Source: Gracilinanus agilis
Taxonomy: Eukaryota
Direction of reading: 5' to 3'
DNA: 64,000 nucleotides
Assembly: GCF_016433145.1 (NCBI RefSeq)
Contig: NC_058130.1
Span: 342,341,974 to 342,405,973, forward strand
Positions 1 to 11,237 of the stretch are shown here, piece by piece (within the stretch, counting starts at the first letter, position 1; the number at the start of each line of letters is the position of its first letter). The translations under genes and the position numbers were made by a program. The notes beneath the pieces are model-generated. The model saw only the letters and a program-made list of their open reading frames with translations. It made no database searches and was not told the DNA's origin.

Positions 1-24
1 GAGGAGGAGGAGGAGGAGGAGGAG
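1..24 (+). repeat. (GAG)8 / GGA triplet repeat in the 5' UTR (may extend upstream of the window)
   Basis: gaggaggaggaggaggaggaggag, ending 17 nt before the ATG. Confidence 0.95.
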
Positions 25-41
25 AGGGGGGAGGTAGAGGG

Positions 42-392
42 ATGGGCTGCGCTCCCAGCATCCACGTTTCGCAGAGCGGCGTGATCTACTGCCGAGACTC
101 GGACGAGTCCAATTCCCCCCACCAGACCACTACCCTGTCGCAGGGCACAGCTACCACCTTACACGGCCTCTTCATCAAGACCGACGCCGCCGACGCCATC
201 CCCTCGGTGCTCGCCTACCAGAGCCGCCAGGCCGGGGCCCCGGGCGCTCGCCGGGAGCGGAGAGAGCTGGGGAGCAGCAGCAGCAGCAGCGCGGGCACCG
301 CAGCCTCTGCCCCGACCACCTGCAGGGTGCGCACCCATTACTGCTGCAGCAGCGCCGAGGCCGAGACCCAGACCAGCTACACCAGCGTCAAG
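42..392 (+). CDS. PDE8B: PDE8B (high-affinity cAMP-specific phosphodiesterase 8B), first coding exon, 117 codons, phase-0 end
   Basis: Translation [30 protein letters not shown]...DAADAIPS...[17 protein letters not shown] matches the recalled N-terminus of mammalian PDE8B, whose exon 1 also ends at ...TSVK. Strong Kozak context gggATGG; donor AAG|gtaaat at 392/393. The tracked ORF continues to 551 only by reading through the donor. Confidence 0.96.
273..290 (+). repeat. (AGC)6 coding repeat, poly-Ser S6 at codons 78-83
   Basis: agcagcagcagcagcagc in frame with the ATG at 42. Confidence 0.95.
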
Positions 393-398
393 GTAAAT
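390..398 (+). other. PDE8B: 5' splice donor of PDE8B intron 1 (AAG|gtaaat)
   Basis: GT at 393-394 directly after the Lys codon where recalled homology to PDE8B exon 1 stops. Confidence 0.9.
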
Positions 399-2169
399 GT
401 CCAAGGCTGTGGGAGCTGGAGGGGAGAGACGGACAGCTGGGTGGCGGCAGGGTTCTCTCCGCCACCCCGACCCCTATCCGTGCGGCAGAGGTTCCTAGAG
501 CAGAAAAGGGGTCATGCAAAGTGTTGGGGTCAGACTTCTGTTTTGGAGTGAGCAGAAGTTAAGGATGTCACACATAAGAGAGGAGAAACCAGAAAGCTCT
601 TCACTTTTGATCCAGGGGTTGGGGATGGGGGTGGTGAGTAGAGAAAGAGTAAGGTGACAGGGTCCTGAGGAGTTAGGACAGGAAAAAAAAAAAAAAAAAA
701 AAGACGGGTAGGTGGGTGTTCTTAAGCTCATTCATGTTGTGGGTGTGTGTATTGGGAGGGATGGCTGAAGGAGGGAGCTCTGGGAGAAGGAGATGGGCAG
801 GCTCCGCCTTCATTGAGAGAAAGGGGCAGAAGGCTATGGCTCTGTTTATTCAGAAGAAGAGGACAAGACGTTGGTGTCATTGAGAGGAATTCAGCGCAAT
901 CGGAGTGAATGAGGGCCAAGCCGCCCCAATTGGTTGGAGCGTATACCGTGGTTTTTCTGTGCTCTGTAAATGAATAAAATGGAGGTAGTTAGTATAGCAG
1001 AATGTGGTTTGTGTCCCATATTGATGAGCTTATCTCTGGGGAAGAGCACACACAGTACTGCAGCCTCAATTGAAGGGAGAGAGAGTTCGGATTTGTGAAT
1101 GAATGTAGGTGTTTGTATATGTGTTTGGGGGAGAAATATGGGAAAGGAGAGGGGGTGGTATCAGAATGAAAACTTGAATGATTTTTTTTTCTGATGTTTT
1201 ACCTTAGCCCCCTTCTATGTGTTGCTTGGATCCTGGAAATTAGAGGCTGGAGACCTCGACACACAAGGCCTATTCCCTGTGATCAGTCAATACTTGGACC
1301 ATACAGAGGGTTGGCAGCCAATTGCATGTCTGGGATGTTGCTTTACGATGCTGAGTACTTGAGGATTCAGAGGAGGATTCCCCCCTTCCCGACCCCCCCC
1401 CCATTATCTAAGATATGGAAAATATTCAAAGTTGAAAAGATCTCCTCAAGGGTAGCCTCCAGCTACTGCTTGCCCCCAGTATTGCTAACATTGTTTCTTT
1501 TTGTGTTAGTAGGAAAGTGAATTTACTTTTAAAAACAGTATTTTATTGTATTCTTTCAGAGAACTTGAGAACAAAGGTCAGATTGAATTGTGTAGATTTG
1601 GGCCTTGCAAGATTTTGTTTTCCCCCCCATGATGAGGAAATGATGATTGGCATATCACAGTAGGGAGAAGGAAAAATAATTTTCATATCTCTAGAGAACC
1701 CTTCATGTTAATAGCAATTACTGCATTTTCAGGCAGAAGTGCATAACCAAGAACTTGTTTCAATGTATCTTAAGACTTCTGGCAAAGGAACCATTATATA
1801 TTTAGTAGTCAGGAAAGTGCTCCAACAATTGGCCTAGTGTGAGGACTTATAGCTTGTTCACTTCAATGGTTTAAGTCATCAGCTCTTCACCAGAGGGGGT
1901 GGGGAAAAGGCCAAATGCAGCAGCTTCCAGTGTAGAAGCTTGAAAATCTGAGAAATAAATCAAGTGTGTTTTTGTAGACATAAATTTTCATTTAACAATA
2001 TGAAATCTATCATTGATTTGTTTTTGTGGTGACTATTTAGAAAGGATCGTTCTAGATTTTGTTGAAAGTTAGAGTAGAATGCCCAGAGAAAAGGTGACAT
2101 CATTAAACTTGTTGGTACCTACTTGTTGCAGGGTCATATGGCCAAATGTTATTCTTTTTTTTTTTTTTA

Positions 2170-2335
2170 AACCTAATTTTCTATCTTAGTAACAACTCTT
2201 AAGATGGAAGTGCAAGGGCTAGACAAGTGACTTTTTCAGGGTCACACAATTAGGAAGTGGCTGTGGATAGATTTGAACCCACATCCTTCCAACTCCAAAC
2301 TTAGTGTTCTACCCACTGTGCAACCTCACTGCCTC
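2170..2335 (-). mobile_element. Older SINE1_Mdo-like SINE
   Basis: T-tail followed by a CORE-SINE body (aagtgactttttcagggtcacac...gatttgaaccc) with a degraded SINE1-type tail. Confidence 0.65.
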
Positions 2336-3244
2336 ATAAACGTTATATACTTTTACACATTACAGAGGTAATGCAAAAGTTACTGGTGTTCAGGGCTTAA
2401 AATAATTAATCACTCATGCAGTAATCCTGTTTTGGAGAAGATATTCTAAGAGTATTGTCAAAAAGCAAAAAGAGCTGTCCATTCATATTTATAGGTAGAT
2501 AATTTACAGCAGCATTATTTATAATTGCCCCACACTGGAAATAAGCTAATTGTTCAAGAGTTGGGCATGTTGTTGTTGAGTAATTTGTATATAGCAATAT
2601 AATGAAACCCAGTAATGCAATGAAAGTGGATACTTATTCCATAACTGGATATATGATCTCATTAGTATGGGTACTTCCTTTAGTGTTTCATATAAAACTC
2701 TATACATGCAACTCAAATTGATCAATACAAGGTGTAAATTGAGGCATGGAATGCACAGAAATTTGGAAAGCCATAAAATAATATAAAAACCAGAGCAATT
2801 TACATATCAGCTTTTGTTATTCCATCATTTCAGGAGTACTTGACTCTTCCAGACCTTATTTAAGGTTTTCATGGTAAGGCTACTGGAATAGTTTATCATT
2901 TTTATTTTCCTGCTATCAGGAAACTAAGGCATTTAGAGTTAAGTGACTTGTTCAGGGTCCCACAGCTAGGAAGTATCTAAGATGGGTTTTGAATTCAGAT
3001 CTTCTTGACTCTAGGCCTGGCACTACCTACTGTGCCACCTAGCTACCTCCTCCTCCCCACATACTTCGAATACAATTGTATAAAAAACACATATGTATTC
3101 AATGTTGGGATGACTGAAGAAAGAAAATAGAAGAGTAGCTGATAAAAATAATTCGAAGCTGCAACTTTATTTAGTCAAACCATATAAGTACTTTAATACT
3201 CTTGGAACTTTTAATTAATATATGTCCATATACATTTTTCTTTA

Positions 3245-3425
3245 AAAACAAAAACAAACTTTACTTTCTTAGTGACAATTCTAAGACAGAAAGGTAAAGG
3301 CTTGACAAATGAGATTAAGTGACTTGCCCAGGGTATAGCTAGTGAAGTAAATATCTATGGCTAGATTTGAACTCAAGCCCTTTAGACTTCAGGCCTGGCA
3401 CTCTATCCTCTGAGCCACCTAGCCC
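3245..3425 (-). mobile_element. Older SINE1_Mdo-like SINE
   Basis: ttcttagtgacaattctaagacagaaaggtaaagg...aagtgacttgcccaggg...gatttgaactc...ctgagccacctagc. Confidence 0.7.
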
Positions 3426-3524
3426 CACCCCCCAATATGTTAAGCCTTATAATGTACATTATAAATTATTTGGGGTAAGGTGTATAGATTTTTAGAAATG
3501 TATCATTTTTAAATATCATGGCAT

Positions 3525-3930
3525 CATAGATTTAGAGCTGGAATAGACTCTAGAGCAGGGGTCGGCAACCTTTTAGGCCATGAGAGCCATAAACGCCACA
3601 TTTTTAAAAATGTAATTTCATGAGAGCTGTACAGTGCTCACAGTGCACGCTCCTGTAACAGTGCGCGGTCCAGTAACAGCGCCTGAAAAAAATTGACTTT
3701 ATGGCTCCTGCAGAAAGAGCCATATCTGGCCCTCAAAAGAGACAGATATGGCTCGAGAGCCATACGTTGCCAACCCCTGCTCTAGAGGTTTCATTTAACC
3801 CAACCCATTCATTTTACCAATGAGGAAACCGAGGCCCAAATCTGATCCAAGGTCACCCAGATAATAAATGGTAGAGCTGGGATTTCAGTGTAGGTCATTA
3901 GATTCCAAAGTTAGCATATTTTCCATCACA
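3525..3930 (-). mobile_element. MIR/MIR3-type SINE interrupted by a hAT MITE
   Basis: catagatttagagctggaa...[MITE]...cattttaccaatgaggaaaccgaggccca...aaggtcacccag. Confidence 0.75.
3556..3779. mobile_element. Non-autonomous hAT (Charlie-type) MITE, 224 bp
   Basis: 14-bp TIRs CAGGGGTCGGCAAC / GTTGCCAACCCCTG (1 mismatch). Perfect 8-bp TSD CTCTAGAG at 3548-3555 and 3780-3787, matching the NTCTAGAN Charlie target preference. Confidence 0.95.
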
Positions 3931-5218
3931 CTAAGTTTCTTTCCAATTTAAAAACTGTTAAGAAAGGCAGGTGCATAAGTGTAACCTTTATGATATGGTT
4001 ACACTTACTGTATTGATAGATTGGCATCATTTTTCTGTCTTTTTACATTAATTATCCTTCTTATCCACTTGGTCTTTGTTATTCCCTAGCGTTCAAAAAT
4101 GTGTGCTCACTCCCTTTCTTCTTTTCATACAGGATCATCTCATTAAAGCTTTTAGACACATGAGACATTCTGATGTCAAAAAGTGAGGCAAAGCAAACCA
4201 CTTCTGAATATCTCATTTGCTAAAAAATAGATTCTACACATTAACAATTCATGTGGAAGATAGTGATATCATTGGGGTTTTCACCTCTGGGATGAAATAC
4301 TTTTTTACTTCAATATTGCCATAATGCTACATTTCCCCAACAATTTGATTATTCCTTTAAAAACAAATATCACTCAGACAGGAGAATCCCACAGAATGCT
4401 CACTCCTGGAATGTGCCAGTACTCCAGTTTAGCCATTTCTCTTCAAATATTCCCAGAGGAAGGGTGTATGTAACTCACCCCATAAAAAAGCTGTAATTCC
4501 TTTGAGTTTTACTTTCTTGCTTTAATTGTGTTGATGAAACCATATAGTAAAGGCATGCCTTAAAGAACTCATTATCTAACTAAATGAGGATTAACCACGA
4601 TATTTGGATTTCTACTCAGCAAATGCTTTCCCTCCACCACACAAAATGTTTGAGGGCCACCTGTCTTGTCATTAGTTTGTGCCCTCAGAGAACACATATA
4701 TTCAATAAGAAAAAGACAACATTAGGATTTTAAATCACCTACAAAAGAAAATGTATAATGCATTTTGAAAATAAACAATTTATGGATAATTTATTAATTC
4801 ATTCAGAAAGTACTTATTAAATACCTAATATGTGCATTCTGCTAGGCACTTGGGGGGGGATTATAAAGATGAATGACAATCCTGGAGTTTATAACCTGGT
4901 AGACCACATATACAAATTGAGAGGTGATGCAAGGAAGGCAGAAATTGTTCATTCAGCCTCTAGGATTGCCTGCTAATTAGATATCAGCCCTCTGGGCTGC
5001 TGTTCTCTGCTGTCTCATGATTACTGGGATACTTCAATTATAACGTTAGTTATCATTTTTTAACCCTTGACCTTCTCATTTCTGAGGCAAAAGAGTGGCA
5101 AGGACTAGGTAGTTGGGGTTAAGTGGCTTCCCCAAAGGTCACACAGCTCGGAAGTTTTTGAGGCCAAATTTGAACCCAGGGTCTCCTGTCTCCAGTCTTG
5201 ACTCAGATTTGGTTCTTA

Positions 5219-5340
5219 GAAGAGGGAGGGAGAAAGGAGAAGGAAGGAGGAGGAGATAGGGACATTGGGAAGGAGAGAAGGGGGGAGGGGGAGAGAAAGG
5301 AGGGAGAGGGAGAGAGACAGAGAGACAGAGACAGAGAGAA
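5219..5340 (+). repeat. GA-rich polypurine low-complexity tract
   Basis: agagggagggagaaaggagaagg...gagacagagagacagag. Confidence 0.9.
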
Positions 5341-6039
5341 AACACATGTGTGAGCCAGGTGAAACCTCTTCCTGGTGGACTTTAGGTCAGGCGTTTGGAG
5401 CTGGTATTTCTGGATGCTGTTTCATAGATCCTTGGGCTATTTGTCCCTGGGGGTGATTTGTGCCCAGGGTCATGTTGCTGTGTTGTCTGAATTCTTGGGC
5501 ACAGACAACACCGAAGAGTTTGGCTGTGATGAATTTGAACCACAAGATTTGTGACAGCTGCAACACCTTCTGAATCATCCCTTACTTTTGTTGGGAAATG
5601 AGATGGTGAGGAGGGAGACAGGCTATGTCAGAGGTCATGGGACCTTGACAGATGTATATTGGCCCTGGCTTCTTGCTTTTCAGGTGGATTGCATCAACCT
5701 AAAAGCCATGGCTACACTGTTTCCTACACTGCCCTGTATGGGGTAGGGGTTGTTCCATTTGTCAGGGTCCTCTGTTCGCCTGCTACTTTCAAACATGCTT
5801 TCCTTTGACTGTTGCTCTTTCTGCTGCCACAGAAAACAGATCTTGGAAGCGCCTGATGTTATTTGCCTTATTGTGTTTGAGGAGTGCTTCCCCATCTGTT
5901 GTGCTTGCTGTGCCCCGAAATTCCATTCCTCCTCTCTCAAAGTGCTCTCTCTTCCCTGCTCCCATCCAACTCACCTCATCATGTTTGGGAGCTCCTGATT
6001 GCCTCAGCTCCTCTGAATTGATCTCTACTTCGTAGGATT

Positions 6040-6860
6040 TTAGAGCACAAGATCACAGAATCTGAGGCTATCTTGTCCTACCCATACCTATGTAAGAATA
6101 CCTTCTACAACCTACCTGGGTGCTCCCAACCTTTGGAGCAGCAGATTGGTACTAGTTGAGATAGTGAATAGAGTGCTGGCTGGGCCCAGAGGTAGGAATA
6201 GCTGAGTTCAAATCTAGACACAAACATTTAATACCTGTGTGAACCTGGTCAAGTCACTTCTCTCTGAGCTTCAGTTTCCTAAACTGTAAAATGGTGATTA
6301 TTATAGCACCTATGTCTTAGAGTTATTGTGAGGATCAAATGAGATAATGCTTATAAAACAGTGCCTGGCACATAGCACATAAATGGTTATTATTATTGTC
6401 AATCACAATTAGTTGACATATTTTCTTCAGCAGTTTGAGAGCTCTAATTTTTAGGAAGGTTTTCCCAATTCTGAATTTGTACAGTTTTTGCCCATTTTGT
6501 TCTTTCTTCTGCCTTAAGTGCCAAGTTGAACTTAACTAACTCTTCTCCATAACAGCCTTCAAATACTTGAAGATCACTATTATGTCTTCTCTTATTAAAT
6601 CTTCTCTTCCCCAGACCAAATATCTTCAGTTCCTTTCATAGGCTTTCCTGTAGAATGATTGTGAGACCTTTTGCTATCTTGTTTGACTTCCTGTGGATGC
6701 TCTCAAGCTTATCAGTGCCCGCCTTCAATGTGGCATGCAGAACTGAGCATAGTACTCTGGATATGACCAGGGCACAATATGGTGACACTATTACCTTGCT
6801 ACTCATGGACCCTCTACCTCTCGAAATGCAGCCAGTTATTATCACCATTTGAGTGATGAG
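6040..6860 (-). mobile_element. CR1/L3 LINE 3' fragment, interrupted by a MIR at ~6150-6400
   Basis: Minus-strand translation LHATLKAGTDKLESIHRKSNKIAKGL resembles the CR1 RT C-terminal motif (W.P.FKKDIDKLERVQRRAT.MV.GL). Typical L3 segment cagccttcaaatacttgaaga is present. Confidence 0.8.
6150..6400 (+). mobile_element. MIR SINE
   Basis: CORE segment gtcaagtcacttctctctgagcttcagtttcct...tgtaaaatgg and MIR tail gtgcctggcacatag...tattattatt. Confidence 0.85.
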
Positions 6861-7199
6861 ATGACTGAGTCTCAAGGAATCCAAATAGTATGCCCCAAGT
6901 CTCTATAAGTAGCAGAACAGGAATCTAGGGCTCTTGATTTCCAAATCAGTACTTTTCCAACTATCCCACACTTTCTCCCCTTTCTTCCCTCTCATCACTG
7001 TTCTTCCAAGAGTTTCCATGACTCAGTAAAGTGGCAAACAAAGGAAAACCTTGCAGAACTGAATTGCAGGCAATATGTGCTTTTTATCTCATGAACTTTC
7101 TATAGGTTTTTGGTGCTCTAATGCTTCAAAACCCAGATACAATCTAGTCTAGTCTCCTGCTTTATTCATGAGTTACTACAACATTCGTGAAATGGAGAT

Positions 7200-8070
7200 C
7201 ATTTAGCTTCAATTTAAACACTTTTAGGGAGAGGGAGCTCACTACTTTACAAGGTAATTCATTCCATTTTTCAGCTATTAGATACTTCTTATTTTCATCT
7301 ATGTAAATATATGTGTTCCTTTAAGTTCTGACTATTGAAACCTAGTCCATTCAAGCATTTGAAGATAGCTGCCATGTCACCTATGTCTTCTCTTTTTCAG
7401 GATAATCATACTTCCTTCCTTCAGTTGTTCCTAGTAATTGGTTTCTATATCTTTCGCTATCTTGGTTCCTTTTCTCTGGAAACTCTCTATCTTGTCATTG
7501 CTTACTTTAGAGATTCATGATTTCAGTGGTGTTGGGTGAACTTCCACTGATGTAAATCATAACACTTATACTCTTGACTGTATTTTTTCATGGGTTATTC
7601 TGGCCAAAAAGCATCATTACTAGTAGGCAGTCTTCTCATGATGAGCTTTTTCAGATTTAGATTTGCTGGTCCTCAGATGCCAAATATAGGATCCATCTTC
7701 AATGTGATTCTCAGTTTGCTAGAACATGTATTCTGATGGAATAGCCTTTGAGAATCCAGGATCATCTCCACCCCACCATGAGGCATTCCAGTTGAACTTT
7801 AATGGAATAATTTGTCAAGATTCTACTTTAAATGTGGAGTTGAAAGCTGAACACAACTCTCCAGATGAGCTGAAGCCAGTTCATTGTACAATGGGATTCT
7901 CATCTCTTTTATTCTGAGTACTATACTTGTACAAAGTATGATAACATGCTAGTTCCTTTGGTAGCCATGTCACCATCTATTGCTGGCTAATATTGATCTC
8001 GGAAGTCAATTAATACCAACACTTCCCCCCAAATATTTTTCAAAAACAACTACTTTTAAGCCAGTTTTCC
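7200..8070 (-). mobile_element. Degraded CR1/L3 fragment
   Basis: gagctcactactttacaagg...ttcaagcatttgaagatagctgccatgtc...ttgctggctaatattga, resembling the L3 3' region. Confidence 0.6.
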
Positions 8071-8879
8071 CCACTATATAGTAAGTGAACAGTGAATGTT
8101 TCTTAACATATCAGACTTCACATTTAAAATTAAATTTTATTTCAAAATGAAACCAAATCAAGCCATTGAAGAACGCACAAGTGTTGAAAAAATCGGAGTG
8201 CTCCTTATCGAATTTCATTTTATAGATTTTGTCCATTTAAAAAATCATTTGCTGAACATTTATTAAAAATGCCTACTATGCATAGCCTTTCATCCCAGAT
8301 ATGGAATGGTCTTTCACCAAATAGATGACAATTTATTAAATGACTTTGGATCAAAGCATGGCGGAAATTTGAAAGTTGAATAGCCTTGCTCAAAATTTTC
8401 CATGGGAAAGAGTCTTCAGATAGAAGGTGATAGTAGTAAACCATGTGGGAGAGGAACATTATAGGTAGGGAAGAGGAAAGAGGAAGAGGACCCAGAAAAG
8501 GAAGCTAAAAAGCACTGATTGCAAAACTGAGAAGAAATGGGAAAATAGAATGGAATGGAAACCAAGCTAGGAAAATTTCACGGATATTGTGGTTAATAGA
8601 GTTAAATGCCCCCAGGGAAGTCATATAGAGAAAAGGCTTTGGTTTTTTGTTTTGTTTTGTTTTTTGCTTATCATGTCATTAGGGACCTTCAGGAGAATAG
8701 TTTCAGCTGAGCTGTGGTGTGAGGAGGAGAGGACTTTTACTTTTTTGATTATCAAGTTTTCTTCCATTTATAGAAAATGAATTTATCAGCCCTTACTTTA
8801 TCATTTGGGATCACATTTAGGAAACTGTAGTACTTTCGGTGATCCCAGGCTGCTTGTTTGTGCCAAAGTCTATCTTTTT

Positions 8880-9820
8880 TAAAAAGAATATTCTCTCTAT
8901 GATGCTTTATGGCTATGAGTCATGGAATCCCATCAGTTCAGAAGAATTTCAATTGCGGGTGAGTCAAAGGGCAGTGGAAAGATGCACAGTGAATGGAAGT
9001 AGATTGTAGCATATTATCCACAATGATTTGCATTCAGGAAATGGCATAAAAGACGGTGTATATGACCAGAAAGGAAGGTGGGACATTTATACAGTGAAAG
9101 TGAAGGATAATAGATGGAAATAGATAGTATTGCAATCGTATTAGAATATCCAAGGAAGATCTTCCACATATTGAATGGGTTATCTAGGAAGGATTTTTTT
9201 AAAAGATATTTTATTTTCTTAATTACATGTAATAACAATTTTCTACATATGTTTTCTGAAGTTAAAAGACCCCAAAGTCTTCCTTCCTCCCTCCCTTTCC
9301 CCCTCCCCCCCAACCTGAAGATGGCAAGGAATTTGATCTGGGTTATACATGTATTATCATGCAAAACATACTTCCATATTCTTCATTGTTATAAGAGAAT
9401 CCTCATATAAAACCAAAACCATAAAACAAAAGCCATTAATAGTGAAAAATCATATGCTTTCATCTGCATTCTGATTCTAACAGTTCTTTCTCTGGAGGTG
9501 GATAGCATTCTTTGTCATAAATCCCTCAGAATTGTCCTGGACCATTGTATTGCTGAGCGTAGCTAAATCTTTCACAGTTCATCATCCAACATTGCTGTTA
9601 TTGTGTACAATGTTCTCATGGTTCTGCTTATTTCACTCTACATCAGTTCATATAGGTCTTTCTGAAATCATTCTGTTCATTTCTTATGGCATAATAGTAG
9701 TACATTGCCAACATATACCACAATTTGTTCATCCATTCCTCAACTGAGGGACATCTTCTCAATCTAGGAAGGATTTATGGAAAAAGTATGGACAAGAATA
9801 ACATGGGATGAAAATCTATC
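8880..9820 (+). mobile_element. Ancient RTE-clade LINE 3' fragment split by an L1 insertion
   Basis: atgctttatggctatgagtcatgg (MLYGYESW, cf. RTE MxYGxExW) and caaagggcagtggaaaga (QRAVER). The RTE-like sequence resumes after 9776. Confidence 0.75.
9197..9761 (-). mobile_element. 5'-truncated marsupial L1 3' end with perfect 15-bp TSD
   Basis: ATCTAGGAAGGATTT at 9182-9196 and 9762-9776. T-rich tail followed by an L1 3'UTR (ttaattacatgtaataacaatttt...catccattcctcaactgagg). Confidence 0.9.
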
Positions 9821-9837
9821 AGTGTAGGGTATATTTA

Positions 9838-10075
9838 GGGTAGCTAGGTGGCACAGTGGATAGATAGAGTGCCCACCCTGGAGTCAGGAACACCTGAGTT
9901 CAAATCCAACTTCAGACACTTCTTAGACAAGCCACTTAACCTTGTTTGCCTCAGTTTCCTCATTTATAAAATGATCTGGAGAAAGAAATGGCAAACTGCT
10001 CTGGTATCTCTCCACTAAAATCCCAAATGGGGTCACGAAGAGTCAAACATGCCTGAAATGACTATAATAACAGGA
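9838..10075 (+). mobile_element. MAR1-type marsupial CORE-SINE
   Basis: gggtagctaggtggcacagtggatag...CORE...ggagaaagaaatggcaaactgctctgg...ggggtcacgaagagtcaaacatg (RTE/BovB-like tail). Confidence 0.85.
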
Positions 10076-11008
10076 TACATTCCTCTATCTGATTTAATTT
10101 GAAACTATCTGTTCAAAGACACTGGCTTTGATGTGCTGCTCAGTGATTAAATTAGGTGAACATTATAGGTTAGTTTGAAAAACTGCTAAATATATTATAA
10201 TTTATAGTTCCTTCTTAAAACAGCACTATGAGATAACTCAATCAATATCCATTTCCTATTCAGCATTAAAAAAAGTTTTATTGATGTGTTTTGTTTTTCC
10301 ATTACAACCATTTATAGATTACCCCCACTATGTGAGGTCTCTTGTAACAGAGTAAAACAATCAAATAAAACTAATATTGGAGCAACTTCAACTGAAAGTA
10401 TAGGCAACATTTCATATCTGTAGCATCCCCCCATCTGTTTTTATTTAAAAATGAATAATCTATTTTGTCTACATCCCAACCACTCTCATTCCATTGAGGA
10501 AAAAAATTCTGTAAAAAATATGGATAGTTGAGCATAACAAATTCCCTTAGTGACTGTGTACAAAAATATATGTTTCATTCTGTTCCCTAAATCAATCTCT
10601 TCTCTATAATGGATAGCATGTTTCATCATCAGTCTTTTGGAATTTTGAATGGGCATTGGATTGATCAAAGTTCATGCAATTTTTAAAATTTGCTTTTTAC
10701 GATGGTGTGATTGTATACCTTGTTCTGGTTTCTGCTTGTTTCATTCTTCATCTGTTTTGTAAAAGTCCTTAAAACTATTTCATTTTTATAATTATGTTAT
10801 AGGATAAATGTTTGTGATATCATTTAGTATGAGCATTCTTTCTATCTATTCAGATGGTACCTTAAGTTTTCATGACCCCTCCAAATACAACACTTTTAGT
10901 ATTGAGCCCCTCTAGATCTAGATTAGAATCATCTTTGGATGGCAATTACTAAATGCTTCCAGATTGGAATGACCTGCCTGAGCTTGTACTCTATTACCAT
11001 AGCCTTTT

Positions 11009-11237
11009 TTTTTTTTTATATCTTTTTTTTTTTTTTTTTTTTTTTAAACCCTTACCTTCTGTCTTGGAGTCAATACTGTGTATTGGCTCCTTGGTGGAAG
11101 AGTGGTAAGGGTAGGCAATGGGGGTCAAGTGACTTGCCCAGGGTCACACAGCGAGGAAGTGTCTGAGGCCAGATTTGAACCTAGGACCTCCCGTCTCTAG
11201 GCCTGGCTCTCAATCCACTGAGCTACCCAGCTGCCCC
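11009..11237 (-). mobile_element. Young SINE1_Mdo-type SINE with long T-tail and 17-bp TSD
   Basis: TATTACCATAGCCTTTT at 10992-11008 and 11241-11257. Near-consensus body aaacccttaccttctgtcttggagtcaatactgtg...ctgagctacccagctgcccc. Confidence 0.93.

Larger units (their letters stand above)
1..500. promoter_or_regulatory. 3' part of a CpG island covering the PDE8B 5' UTR and exon 1
   Basis: High GC and dense CpG from 1 to ~490, against a strongly CpG-depleted remainder of the window. Confidence 0.85.

Noticed and set aside
159-404. 81-aa antisense ORF overlapping exon 1
   Set aside because: Expected by-product of a GC-rich, stop-poor coding exon; low-complexity Ala/Gly content.
393-551. C-terminal part of the 169-aa ORF as a genuine coding extension
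   Set aside because: Homology to PDE8B ends exactly at a canonical GT donor (392/393); the remainder is intron read-through.
4110-4480. Strong acceptor (ctttcttcttttcatacag|g at ~4131) as PDE8B exon 2
   Set aside because: The downstream sequence does not encode the expected [10 protein letters not shown]... peptide and contains stops; no supporting evidence.
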